Positions 47,652-57,035 of a DNA stretch of 64,000 bases are shown in pieces. Source of the stretch: a virus (taxonomy: Duplodnaviria; Caudoviricetes); IMG/VR virus record IMGVR_UViG_2919380674_000001, positions 1 to 64,000 of that record. One strand, 5' to 3'. Position numbers and translations under genes: made by a program. The number at the start of each line of letters is the position of its first letter. Position 1 is the first letter of the stretch. Below the pieces are notes generated by a model. It ran no database searches. It was not told the DNA's origin and was given only the letters and a program-made list of their open reading frames with translations.

Positions 47652-50483
47652 ATGATTACGGTTCACGACCGCACCGCCACCACATTCACCACCACCGGTC
47701 TCGGCGTCCTCGACCGGGAAATCATCAACCCGATCGTGGTCGAGGAACTCGGCGGCGAATTCTCCCTGACCTTCACCTACCCAGCAGATGGACCTGCAGC
47801 CCAGCACCTGACGCTGGAGAACATTGTGGCAGCGCCCGTGCCAGGACTGGAGCAACGTCAAGGTTTCCGCATCTCCGAGGTTGTCACCACCCTTGACGGC
47901 ATGCTCGAAGTGAGCGCGTTTCATGTCTTCTATGATCTGGCGGAGAACCTCATCGCCGACACCTACGTGGTCAACAAGACCGCCAAGAGCGCACTCACTC
48001 AGATTCTTGGCGCGGCAAACACGAAACACGGGTTTACTGTTACCTCATCGGATACGGTGACGCGGGCATCGGCGCGGATCGTGCGCATGCCCATCGCCGC
48101 CGCTCTCATGGATGCGGGCGAGGACAACACGCTCATCTCGCGTTGGGGCGGCGAGCTTACGCGTAATAACTGGCTGATCCATCACACGCCCATGCGCGGA
48201 GCCAACCACGGGGTGGTGATTCGTGACCGCAAGAACCTCACCGGCTTCGAATCATCCATTGATTTTTCGACGGTGGTGACGCGGATTCTTCCGGTCGGCT
48301 ACAACGGCCTGCTCTTGCCTGAGCTCTATGTGGATTCGCCGAAGTTGGGCGATTATGTGGTGCCGCGTATCCGCGTCATCCGCTACGGACAAGTCAAAGC
48401 CATCACCGACACGGACAATCCGCGCGAAGGCGAACTCCCACTCGACCAAGCCCACTCTGAGCTGCGCCGACTAGCAGCAGCAGAATTCAGCGCAAGACAT
48501 GTCGATGAGCCGTCCGCTTCGTACAAGATCCGCTTCACTGACCTTTCACAAACCCGTGAATACGCAGACCTCGCGCGGCTCGAAACCATCGAAATTGGCG
48601 ACACCGTGACCGTCCGCCACAGTGATCTTGGTGTTGCGCTGACGGCACGGGTCGTGGCATACAAATACAACCCACTCACAGGCCAGTACATTTCGGTCGA
48701 ACTGGGTTCTACCGCTCGGAAGTTCACGTCCGTCACCCGCCAAGTCAAGATCGCCATCAATACGGCGGTGGCTGCGTCGAATGCGGCCGGATTCGCGTTG
48801 GCTAGTGCGGATGGGAAGAACACCAACCACTACGGCAGCATCCAGCCCGCCACCGCGCAGCTGGGTGACACATGGTTTAAAAGCAACGGCGAAACCACAG
48901 AAATCTGGATCTACCGGCTCACCGACACCGGACAGCCCGGCTGGGTCGCCCTCGCCACCGATCTGAATCATGCCCAGGTTCAGGCTGAACTCGACGCCGC
49001 CCGCGCAGAGGTCAACCACGCCCTCGCCGCCGCACAAGACGCACAAACCGCCGCCGATGCTGTCGCCACTCAGATAGCTTCGGCGCAGGTCGATATTGAC
49101 CAGGCCAAGACCGCAGCCGCTGGTGCTACCCGGTTGGCGCAGGATGCTCACAATATTGCGGTTACCTCGGATGGGCGGCTCACGGTTGCCGTTGTTGACC
49201 CGAGCGTAGCGGACGCGGCTGGCAGGCCAGAGGGCGCGCTGTGGCAAGTGCGCGTAGACGGAGTGATCGCCCGCCAATATCTCCTCACCAACAACCAATG
49301 GGAACAAACACCGGTGGGTGCCGCGATGATTGGGTCGAAAGCGATCAGCCAAGCACACATCGCAGATGCCGCCATCGGCACCGCACAAATCGCTGATGCC
49401 GCGATCACCGACGCGAAAATCGCCAACCTGTCAGCGAGCAAGATCACCACCGGCTACCTGGCAGCGGCACGCATTCAGGCTGGATCCATCACCTCGGACA
49501 AGCTGACGATCGCCAATGGGTTTATTACGAATGCGATGATCAAGGATGCGGCGATCACGGATGCGAAGGTTGGCAGCCTATCGGCGAACAAGATTACGAC
49601 CGGTACTTTATCGGCTGCACGCATCGCAGCAGGGTCCATTACCTCCGATAAGCTGACGATCGCTAACGGTTTTATCCAGTCCGCGATGATCAAAGACGCT
49701 GCGGTCACATCGGCCAAAATTGCTTCGCTGGATGCTGGGAAGATCACCACCGGGACGTTGTCGGCGGCTCGGATTGGGGCGCGCTCGATTACGGCCGACA
49801 AGCTCGCCACCAACGCCATCCAAGTAGGGCTGGCAGGCTGGACGCAATCTATCAGGATTAGCCCATATCAAATCGCTTGGTATAACGGGGACACGCTGGA
49901 AGGCAAGATCACGAGTGCTGGGATGCAGTTTTGGTACGGAACCCGCTATATCGGCGAGTTCGCACGCAGAGCCCATAAAGATAAGCCCGATGTGCAAGGC
50001 ATCGTAGGCCAGCTCGCCTATAAAGGCGACTACGTTGCCTGGACCTACCAAGACACCGAAGGCGGCAACTACTACACGTGCCTGACCCTTGACCCGAAAG
50101 GCTTGTTTTACGGCAAAGCCGGAATCCACCTCGGCTCCGACCTGCGTACTGGTGGTTACAAGTTCTACACCACCGGTTCACGCTACGTCACCTTGCAAGA
50201 CTGCACGCTCACAGGCAGCGGCACGCACTCGGGCTGGGTGGGACAAAGCGGGCTGTCGAAAATCGTCTTCCACACCTACGACCTGATGGTCGTCACCAAC
50301 GGTTCGTATTACAACATGACCCGCCTGTTCGATCGCACCAAGGATTTGATGAGCCGAGTGAATTCACTGATCTCGCTCCTTAACCACGGATGGATCACCA
50401 CCATTTCACGCTCAGGAACAAACATTACTTGGCAGTACTACTCCAACACCGGCCTATCTACCATGTCTACCAACCTCGCATAA
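47652..50483 (+). CDS. Tail-associated (Tal/endopeptidase-like) spike protein with internal repeats
   Basis: N-terminal prophage tail endopeptidase-like domain; ~50-aa repeats IKDAAITDAKV..LSANKITTG. Confidence 0.85.
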   Translation: MITVHDRTATTFTTTGLGVLDREIINPIVVEELGGEFSLTFTYPADGPAAQHLTLENIVAAPVPGLEQRQGFRISEVVTTLDGMLEVSAFHVFYDLAENLIADTYVVNKTAKSALTQILGAANTKHGFTVTSSDTVTRASARIVRMPIAAALMDAGEDNTLISRWGGELTRNNWLIHHTPMRGANHGVVIRDRKNLTGFESSIDFSTVVTRILPVGYNGLLLPELYVDSPKLGDYVVPRIRVIRYGQVKAITDTDNPREGELPLDQAHSELRRLAAAEFSARHVDEPSASYKIRFTDLSQTREYADLARLETIEIGDTVTVRHSDLGVALTARVVAYKYNPLTGQYISVELGSTARKFTSVTRQVKIAINTAVAASNAAGFALASADGKNTNHYGSIQPATAQLGDTWFKSNGETTEIWIYRLTDTGQPGWVALATDLNHAQVQAELDAARAEVNHALAAAQDAQTAADAVATQIASAQVDIDQAKTAAAGATRLAQDAHNIAVTSDGRLTVAVVDPSVADAAGRPEGALWQVRVDGVIARQYLLTNNQWEQTPVGAAMIGSKAISQAHIADAAIGTAQIADAAITDAKIANLSASKITTGYLAAARIQAGSITSDKLTIANGFITNAMIKDAAITDAKVGSLSANKITTGTLSAARIAAGSITSDKLTIANGFIQSAMIKDAAVTSAKIASLDAGKITTGTLSAARIGARSITADKLATNAIQVGLAGWTQSIRISPYQIAWYNGDTLEGKITSAGMQFWYGTRYIGEFARRAHKDKPDVQGIVGQLAYKGDYVAWTYQDTEGGNYYTCLTLDPKGLFYGKAGIHLGSDLRTGGYKFYTTGSRYVTLQDCTLTGSGTHSGWVGQSGLSKIVFHTYDLMVVTNGSYYNMTRLFDRTKDLMSRVNSLISLLNHGWITTISRSGTNITWQYYSNTGLSTMSTNLA

Positions 50484-50498
50484 GGAAAGGAAACATCC

Positions 50499-50921
50499 AT
50501 GGAAATCATGATCGCCAACCAGCATCTACAACCCATCGCAGACCTACTCACCAGCATGCCCTTGAAGTCCGCGCAGTCTCGTGCCCGCTCGAAACTGCTC
50601 ACCTTGGTGAAGGAGGCGATTGCCCGGTTCGGGGAAGACGAATACGACCTCGTCACCGCCTACGCCACGCTCGACGAGCACGGCCGCCCAGTATTCGCAG
50701 AAGACGGAACCTTCGCCCTCGCCAACCCCGAGAAAGCTGGTGAGTTCCTCGATGCCCGCCAAGCACTACTCGCCTCGGTCGCTGAAGTCTCTGGCCCGAC
50801 CTACGACGGCCACGACAAGGACGTGAAAGCACTTCTTGATGGCTATGACGGTGAGCTGTCTGGCGAAGCGGCCGAGGCCTACGACGTCCTCTACGACGCC
50901 ATCACCAAGGACAACACATGA
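50499..50921 (+). CDS. Phage hypothetical protein
   Basis: AAGGAAAGG RBS, coupled ORF. Confidence 0.7.
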   Translation: MEIMIANQHLQPIADLLTSMPLKSAQSRARSKLLTLVKEAIARFGEDEYDLVTAYATLDEHGRPVFAEDGTFALANPEKAGEFLDARQALLASVAEVSGPTYDGHDKDVKALLDGYDGELSGEAAEAYDVLYDAITKDNT

Positions 50922-51139
50922 GCGCCGAGGAAGAAAAGAGCAAAGAACTCACCGAAGTCTCCGCTGATGAGTCAACGCCTGACGATGAGGTGCAGTTGCC
51001 GATCGTCCCAATTGAATCCGATGCCACGCCTGCACCACCAGCAGAAACCATCGAAACCCACGAACTCCCAGCACCCAAGGCGGGGTCGTTCGACTTGAGT
51101 CTGCCGATCTTGGAGGTCTTGACTGACCCGACCATGTAA
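50918..51139 (+). CDS. Small acidic phage protein
   Basis: ATGA overlap, AAGGA RBS. Confidence 0.6.
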   Translation: MSAEEEKSKELTEVSADESTPDDEVQLPIVPIESDATPAPPAETIETHELPAPKAGSFDLSLPILEVLTDPTM

Positions 51140-51223
51140 ATCGCTGCGCTACACCAATTTTTGATGCCTTCACCCCAGATGGGTGTGGGCAATTTTTTAT
51201 GCCCACAGAAAGGAATCATTCCC

Positions 51224-51679
51224 ATGTCTCTTCACGCCATCTGGCATGCCATCCAAACCGGCCTCGCCGGTGTCGGTGCTTGGCTCGCCGCCTACCTTGG
51301 AGGCCTCGACGGCCTCGTCTATGCCCTGATTGTTTTCGCTATCGCCGACTACATCACCGGCGTGCTGGCCGCCATCAATGAGCGTCGCCTCAGCTCATCC
51401 GTCGGTTTTAGGGGTATCAGCCGCAAGATCCTCATCTTCACTCTCGTCGGACTCGCCCATTTGATCGACGTCCACGTTCTCGGTGCACCCGGTGTGCTTC
51501 GTGCGGCGGTCATTTTCTTCTACCTGTCCAACGAAGGCATCTCGCTGATGGAGAACGCCACCCGGCTCGGCCTGCCTGTCCCTGCCCAAATGCGTGGGGC
51601 GCTCGATGCGATCGCTAACCGCGCCGAAACAAGACCCTCATTGACCGAAACGACCACTGAAAACACAAAGGAGAACTAG
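51224..51679 (+). CDS. Holin (phage holin 4 / TcdE-like)
   Basis: DYITGVLAA...LSSSVGFRGISRK...NEGISLMENA. Confidence 0.92.
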   Translation: MSLHAIWHAIQTGLAGVGAWLAAYLGGLDGLVYALIVFAIADYITGVLAAINERRLSSSVGFRGISRKILIFTLVGLAHLIDVHVLGAPGVLRAAVIFFYLSNEGISLMENATRLGLPVPAQMRGALDAIANRAETRPSLTETTTENTKEN

Positions 51680-51681
51680 TC

Positions 51682-52659
51682 ATGAAGAATTGGCTCGCGC
51701 TTGAGGCTGACATCGACCTCATCATGAACAAGCACTATACACCCGGCAGGAACGGTCGGCGGATCGATAAGGTGATCATCCACCACAACGCCGGAAACCT
51801 CACGATTCGTGGCTGCTATGACGTGTGGCAGTCCCGTCCAGCGTCGGCCCACTACCAAGTCCAATCCGACGGACGCATCGGCCAGTTGGTGTGGGACCGG
51901 GATACCGCCTGGCATGCAGGAAACTGGGTAGCCAACACCACCTCCATCGGCATCGAACACGCCGACATGACTAGTGATTCATGGGCTGTGTCGGAGGCGT
52001 GCCTTGATAACGGCGCACACCTCGTGGCCGCGATCTGCAAGTTCTACGGTCTTGGCCGCCCGGCGTGGGGGAAGAACGTGTTCGGACACAAGGACTTCTC
52101 TGCGACTGCTTGCCCGGCATCTCTTGCTGGCTCCCAGCACGCGGCATACATGGCCCGCGCCCAGTCTTGGTATGACCAGATGACCGGTAGCGCACCAGCA
52201 CCTGCTCCTGCAGCGCCGAACATCGATGCCCTCGCAGATGCGGTTATTCGTGGCGAGTACGGCAACGGGGACGAGCGCAAGCGTCGCCTCGGAGCGAACT
52301 ATGCGGCTGTTCAGGCTCGCGTGAATGAGAAGCTTTCCGGCAACGCGCCCACGCCAACACCCGCACCAGCACCAGCCACACCGAACATCGACGCATTGGC
52401 TGACGCTGTCATTCGCGGCGAGTACGGCAACGGGGATGAGCGCAAGCGACGCCTCGGAGCCAACTACGCCGCCGTCCAACAGCGAGTCAACGAAAAGCTC
52501 TCCGGCCGAACGCCCGCGAAGCCCGCCGCACCCAACATCGATGCCCTCGCTGACGCCGTGATCCGTGGCGACTACGGCAACGGTGAAGAGCGTAAGCGCC
52601 GCCTCGGAAACCTTTACGGTGCGGTGCAGGCGCGAGTCAATGCCAAGCTCGGCTACTAA
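51682..52659 (+). CDS. Endolysin: Amidase_2 plus three CW_7 cell-wall-binding repeats
   Basis: IIHHNAG, SAHY, AWHAG, SIGIEH, TACP; three copies of IDALADAVIRGEYGNG.ERKRRLG. Confidence 0.93.
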   Translation: MKNWLALEADIDLIMNKHYTPGRNGRRIDKVIIHHNAGNLTIRGCYDVWQSRPASAHYQVQSDGRIGQLVWDRDTAWHAGNWVANTTSIGIEHADMTSDSWAVSEACLDNGAHLVAAICKFYGLGRPAWGKNVFGHKDFSATACPASLAGSQHAAYMARAQSWYDQMTGSAPAPAPAAPNIDALADAVIRGEYGNGDERKRRLGANYAAVQARVNEKLSGNAPTPTPAPAPATPNIDALADAVIRGEYGNGDERKRRLGANYAAVQQRVNEKLSGRTPAKPAAPNIDALADAVIRGDYGNGEERKRRLGNLYGAVQARVNAKLGY

Positions 52660-52686
52660 CCCCGCACGCCCCTGTGGCGTATTGAA

Positions 52687-52745
52687 GCCCCGTCATCACT
52701 GTGACTTCCCGGATTCTCGGGGAGCAGTTCATGGCGGGGCTTTTC
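52687..52745 (+). terminator. Terminator after the lysis cassette
   Basis: GCCCCGTCAT...ATGGCGGGGC followed by TTTT. Confidence 0.55.
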
Positions 52746-52766
52746 ATCATTCTTGAGGCTTTCTTA

Positions 52767-52868
52767 CCCGTCCGGATTCGCAGGTGCCCGAGGGCGTATG
52801 GGCAGAAGGCTCACAACACCTCGGTTGAGGGGTTAACTCGGCACACATTCGTGGCCTTCTACTGAGAG
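52767..52868 (+). promoter_or_regulatory. Tandem phage motifs B (52767-52800) and A (52829-52868) upstream of the recombinase module
   Basis: Same motifs and internal spacing as at 16164-16277. Confidence 0.7.
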
Positions 52869-52875
52869 GAGGCCA

Positions 52876-53292
52876 GTGATGGCGTTAGACGAGAGAGAAA
52901 AACAAGCAGCCAGGCGCATGCGCTTGGGCGGGCTCGGGTATAAGGCGATCGCTGCACGTCTTGCGGTCAGCCGCGACCAGATCCGCGCCTACGTCACCCG
53001 CACAGGTATCGAACCAACAGCGAAAGCTGACCCTGATGGGCGCTGGTGCCGCTGGTGCGGAATCAAACTGCCGCAACGCGCGGATGGGAAGAAACCATCA
53101 TTTTGCTGTAGCGAGCATCGGCGGGCCTTCTGGCATACCCACCCAGAAGCAGGCACCCGTAACGCCTTCTATGAGTTCACGTGCGCCTACTGTGGTGAGG
53201 GGTTCGAGGCGTATGGGAATGCGGGGCGTAAGTACTGCTGCCATGCCTGCTACATCCGCCACCGGTTCGGCACCAAGGGTGGCAGTCGATGA
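52876..53292 (+). CDS. HTH plus Cys-rich zinc-finger protein of the recombinase module
   Basis: GLGYKAIAARLAVSRDQIRAY; CRWCG, FCCSEH, CAYCG, YCCHAC. Confidence 0.78.
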   Translation: MMALDEREKQAARRMRLGGLGYKAIAARLAVSRDQIRAYVTRTGIEPTAKADPDGRWCRWCGIKLPQRADGKKPSFCCSEHRRAFWHTHPEAGTRNAFYEFTCAYCGEGFEAYGNAGRKYCCHACYIRHRFGTKGGSR

Positions 53293-53477
53293 CAAAGAGC
53301 GTGTTTGATGCCGAGGTTGATCTAGCCAGGGTTGTGGGGTTCATTGATCGGCTCACTGACACTGGTGCACTGACCGACAGTGAAGCCCGCGTGGTGTTGA
53401 CTCGTGTGGCGGGGGAATTTCCTGCTGTTGTTGGTGGGCTGATTTTGCGGGTTCGACTGGATAAAACGCGGGTTTAG
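53289..53477 (+). CDS. SHOCT-like small protein
   Basis: FIDRLTDTGALTDSE; ATGA-coupled. Confidence 0.6.
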   Translation: MTKSVFDAEVDLARVVGFIDRLTDTGALTDSEARVVLTRVAGEFPAVVGGLILRVRLDKTRV

Positions 53478-53541
53478 AGCGTAGATGGATACAACCAGCT
53501 GAACCCCTTATTTATTAGGGGAAACGAGCAGTGTAAGGAGA

Positions 53542-54798
53542 TTGAGATACATGGGTGAGATGAGGGTGATCCCGGCGAGACCAGCACGGCCGCAGCGGTT
53601 GAGGGTAGCGGCCTACGCGCGGGTGTCCACTGAGCACGAACGGCAATTGTCGTCGATCGCCGCCCAGGTGTCGTACTACTCCCATCTGATTCAATCCACC
53701 CCTGGGTGGGACTATGTCGGGGTGTTTATCGACGAAGGTATTACCGGCACCTCCACCAAGCATCGCGATGGATTCAAACGCCTCATGGACACCGCTAGGG
53801 CAGGCGGCATTGACGTTATTTTGACGAAGTCGATCTCGCGCCTTGCCCGCAACACTGTCGATCTGCTTGATGCGGTGCGCGAGCTGAAAGCCCTCGGGGT
53901 GGCGGTGCGTTTCGAACGCGAACAGATCGACACCCTCAGCGCTGACGGGGAACTCCTACTGACGCTGCTGGCATCGTTTGTGCAGGAAGAATCTCGATCC
54001 ATGTCAAAGAACGTCAAGTGGGGGATCAGGAAGAAATACGCCGACGGGTCAGTGCATTCGCGCCAACCCTACGGCTACCAATATTTAGGTGGCGACCTGG
54101 TCATCATTGAGGCCGAAGCCAAGATTATCAGAAGGATATTCGCGGAGTTCCTCGCAGGCATCTCACCCGAAGCCACCGCCACCCGGCTCAACGCTGAAGG
54201 GGTCAAGCCCAGGCGGGGAGCCAAGTTTCGTGGGAAGACGATCCGCAAATGGCTCGAAAACGAAATCTACACAGGCCGCGCGGTGCTGCAAAAGTATTAC
54301 CGTCCAAACGTTGCAGAATCGAACTGTCATACCAACACAGGTGAGCTGCCCCGCTATCTTGTCGACGAATCCCACCCGGCCATCATCGACCAAACCACGT
54401 TCGACGCCGTCCAAGCCGAACTTGTCCGCCGCAGGCACCTTGGACGTGGAGCCACACCCTCAGGTGGCACGACCGGGCTCACCTCACGGATCGAATGCTT
54501 TGTCTGTGGCAGGTTCTATCACCGACGAACTAAGACAGGCCGCCACCGTTCTTACAAGTTCTGGTGGTGCGAAACCGCAACCAAAGGCAAAGGCAACCCC
54601 TGCCACGCACCCCAAATCCGAGAAACCCGCCTCACCCGGATCTGCACCCATGTGCTCGGCTTCGATGCCTGGGACGACGACACGGCTCTGACCAGCCTGG
54701 CGAAGATCGTCGTCAACCCGGATCGCACGCTCACCATCCACACCACCCGCACCGAAACGCCAGTGACGGTGAAGCTGGACGAGAGGAGCACACGGTGA
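53542..54798 (+). CDS. Large serine recombinase 1
   Basis: AAYARVST, TKSISRLARN, recombinase domain, CFVCG Zn ribbon; no long coiled coil. Confidence 0.93.
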   Translation: MRYMGEMRVIPARPARPQRLRVAAYARVSTEHERQLSSIAAQVSYYSHLIQSTPGWDYVGVFIDEGITGTSTKHRDGFKRLMDTARAGGIDVILTKSISRLARNTVDLLDAVRELKALGVAVRFEREQIDTLSADGELLLTLLASFVQEESRSMSKNVKWGIRKKYADGSVHSRQPYGYQYLGGDLVIIEAEAKIIRRIFAEFLAGISPEATATRLNAEGVKPRRGAKFRGKTIRKWLENEIYTGRAVLQKYYRPNVAESNCHTNTGELPRYLVDESHPAIIDQTTFDAVQAELVRRRHLGRGATPSGGTTGLTSRIECFVCGRFYHRRTKTGRHRSYKFWWCETATKGKGNPCHAPQIRETRLTRICTHVLGFDAWDDDTALTSLAKIVVNPDRTLTIHTTRTETPVTVKLDERSTR

Positions 54799-56375
54799 CC
54801 ACGACGCAGATTCGGCGGAAGCGGGTCACCGCGATCCCAGCCACGAAAACACCCGGCCACGCTACGGTGCTGGGTGTTCAGCGTCGGCGTAGAGTGGCGG
54901 CCTACGCGCGGGTATCCACCGAAGCTGAGGAACAAGCCTCCTCCTACGAGGCACAGATCGACTACTACACCCACTACATCCAATCCCGCACCGAGTGGGA
55001 ATTCGCAGGTATGTATGCCGACGAAGGCATCACCGGCACGAGCACGAAACACCGCGAAGGCTTCAAAACCATGATCGCCGACGCCCTGGCAGGCAAAATC
55101 GACCTCATCCTCACCAAGAGTGTGTCCCGGTTTGCTCGCAACACCGTCGACTCCTTGACCACCGTGCGCAAGCTCAAAGACGCAGGCGTGGAGGTCTACT
55201 TCGAAAAAGAAAACATCTGGACACTCGATTCCAAAGGCGAACTGCTCATCACCATCATGTCCAGCCTGGCGCAAGAAGAATCCCGCTCAATTTCCGAGAA
55301 CGTCACCTGGGGCCACCGTAAACGCTTCGCCGACGGGAAAATCATGGTCCCCTACGCTTCACTGTTGGGCTACAAGAAAGGCGATGACGGAAACCTCGCC
55401 ATCGACGAAACCCAAGCCCCGATCGTGCGGCGCATCTACGCCACCTTCCTAGAAGGCGCAACACCTCAAACCATCGCCAAAGAACTCACCGCTGATCAGA
55501 TTCCTACACCGCGTGGCAAACAAATCTGGTCGCCATCCACTGTGCGATCGATCCTGACCAACGAGAAATACAAAGGCGACGCGCTGCTCCAAAAGAGCTT
55601 CACTACCGACTTCCTGACCAAAACCATGAAAGTCAACGAAGGCGAAGTACCCCAGTACTACGTCACCGGCAACCACGAACCCATCATCACCCCAGCCACC
55701 TGGGACGTGGTCCAAGCAGAACTCGCCCGCCGCGCAGGCAAAGGCACCTCCAATACCCACCCCTTTGCCAACAAGATCACCTGCAGCGAGTGTGGTGGCT
55801 CGTTCGGGAGGAAAGTGTGGCACTCCACCAGCAAATACCGCCGCTATATCTGGCGCTGCAACAACAAATACAAGAAAATTCATCGTTGCGCGACACCCCA
55901 CGTCACCGAGGAGCAGATCAAAAACGCCTTCGTCGCCACCCTGGCTGAGCACGTCACCAACACTGACGTTCTCGATAACACCATGTGCCTGCTCGACGAA
56001 ACCGTCTACGACACCCGCGAGTTGGAAACTCAACAGGCCACGCTAGGGGAGCGGATCGAAGAAACGATCACGCTGATGAACCAACTCATCACCACCGCAG
56101 CAGCCACAACCCACGACCCCGACGACTACGACCGCCACTACCACCAGCTCGAAACCCGACACCGCCAACTCGAGACCGAGCACCAGCACATCACCGACAA
56201 GATCGACGACCTGCGCCACCGCCGAGCACAAGCCATCAAAGTCCACGTCTACCTCGCCACCCTGCCACCACTCGCATACAGCGACCAAGCATGGAACACC
56301 CTCGTCGACCACGCCATTATCAACACTAATGGAGCCATCAGCGTCATCTTCAAAGACGAACAATCGGCCAGCTAA
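54795..56375 (+). CDS. Large serine recombinase 2
   Basis: AAYARVST, TKSVSRFARN, CSECG Zn ribbon, coiled coil; GTG start overlaps the upstream stop. Confidence 0.93.
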   Translation: MTTTQIRRKRVTAIPATKTPGHATVLGVQRRRRVAAYARVSTEAEEQASSYEAQIDYYTHYIQSRTEWEFAGMYADEGITGTSTKHREGFKTMIADALAGKIDLILTKSVSRFARNTVDSLTTVRKLKDAGVEVYFEKENIWTLDSKGELLITIMSSLAQEESRSISENVTWGHRKRFADGKIMVPYASLLGYKKGDDGNLAIDETQAPIVRRIYATFLEGATPQTIAKELTADQIPTPRGKQIWSPSTVRSILTNEKYKGDALLQKSFTTDFLTKTMKVNEGEVPQYYVTGNHEPIITPATWDVVQAELARRAGKGTSNTHPFANKITCSECGGSFGRKVWHSTSKYRRYIWRCNNKYKKIHRCATPHVTEEQIKNAFVATLAEHVTNTDVLDNTMCLLDETVYDTRELETQQATLGERIEETITLMNQLITTAAATTHDPDDYDRHYHQLETRHRQLETEHQHITDKIDDLRHRRAQAIKVHVYLATLPPLAYSDQAWNTLVDHAIINTNGAISVIFKDEQSAS

Positions 56376-56459
56376 CTCGCTCACAGCAATAAAACCAGCA
56401 ATTCCTACCCCGTCTTTGGAAAACACCCCCTACCGAATGAATCTGCCCCCAAGCCAGTC

Positions 56460-56511
56460 TTGTATCAAAATGAACGTGTAAGTAACCATTAGGACGCTCA
56501 TTTTGATACAA
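56460..56511. other. att-like site 3 (symmetric, 52 bp, central AC); probable right prophage boundary
   Basis: Perfect 14-bp IR TTGTATCAAAATGA / TCATTTTGATACAA about 85 bp after the recombinase stop. Confidence 0.7.
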
Positions 56512-56691
56512 AGTATCGAGGTGAGCGTCTTTTGTTGTGCGGGCGGTGTTGGTGCTTGTCAGGGCGGTATTGGTGGTTGTTTTGAGGCGGTTCTTGCCCT
56601 GTCTTTGGGGCGTTTGGTGAGGGGTTGCGGCGGGGTTTTCGACCCCTTTTGCCGTCGGTTTACGTGGCGTGGAGTGGTCGGTCCTTGTTGC

Positions 56692-56804
56692 CGCTAAAAA
56701 GTACGAGTTCCGCTAAAAAGTATGGGGTGTCGCTGAAAAGTATGGCTTGGTGCTAAAAGGTTTGGGTAAGCGTTAAAAAGTATGGGTCTGTGCCGAAGTT
56801 TGGG
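56692..56804 (+). repeat. CGCTAAAAAGTATGGG array, ~20-bp period, 5-6 copies
   Basis: Copies at 56692, 56711, 56731, 56751, 56771 and (degenerate) 56791; two more near 56985-57020. Confidence 0.85.
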
Positions 56805-57035
56805 TCGGGAATGAGAGTGGATTGGATACAAAGTTAGTTTCGACTTTGGTGCGATTTGCTGAAGCTTATGGCTTGTGAGCACAGCAAAAGGATGATTCCG
56901 CAGGTTAGCGCTTAGTGCGTTGATGCGTGTGAAGAACTTGAGCCAGTTCGGACTAACGCTGGCATAAATAGCCAACTCCCCCTTACAAAGAAGTATGGGA
57001 GTAACGTCGAAAAGTATGGATAGCACCGAAGGTTG

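Larger units (their letters stand above)
3653..56485. mobile_element. Temperate siphovirus prophage (~52.8 kb), phi-m46.1-like organisation, serine-recombinase integrated
   Basis: Replication, packaging, head, tail, lysis and recombinase modules in canonical order between two homologous att-like sites. Confidence 0.85.

Noticed and set aside
52216-52656. DNA repeats as a diversity-generating retroelement TR/VR pair
   Set aside because: They are the three CW_7 coding repeats; no reverse transcriptase is present.
56692-56804. CRISPR array
   Set aside because: The period is only ~20 bp with 4-nt gaps, so there are no spacers; no cas operon is present.
56813-56832. Fourth att site at TTGGATACAA
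   Set aside because: It lacks the ACC core at the conserved distance and has no symmetric arm; at most an isolated half-site.
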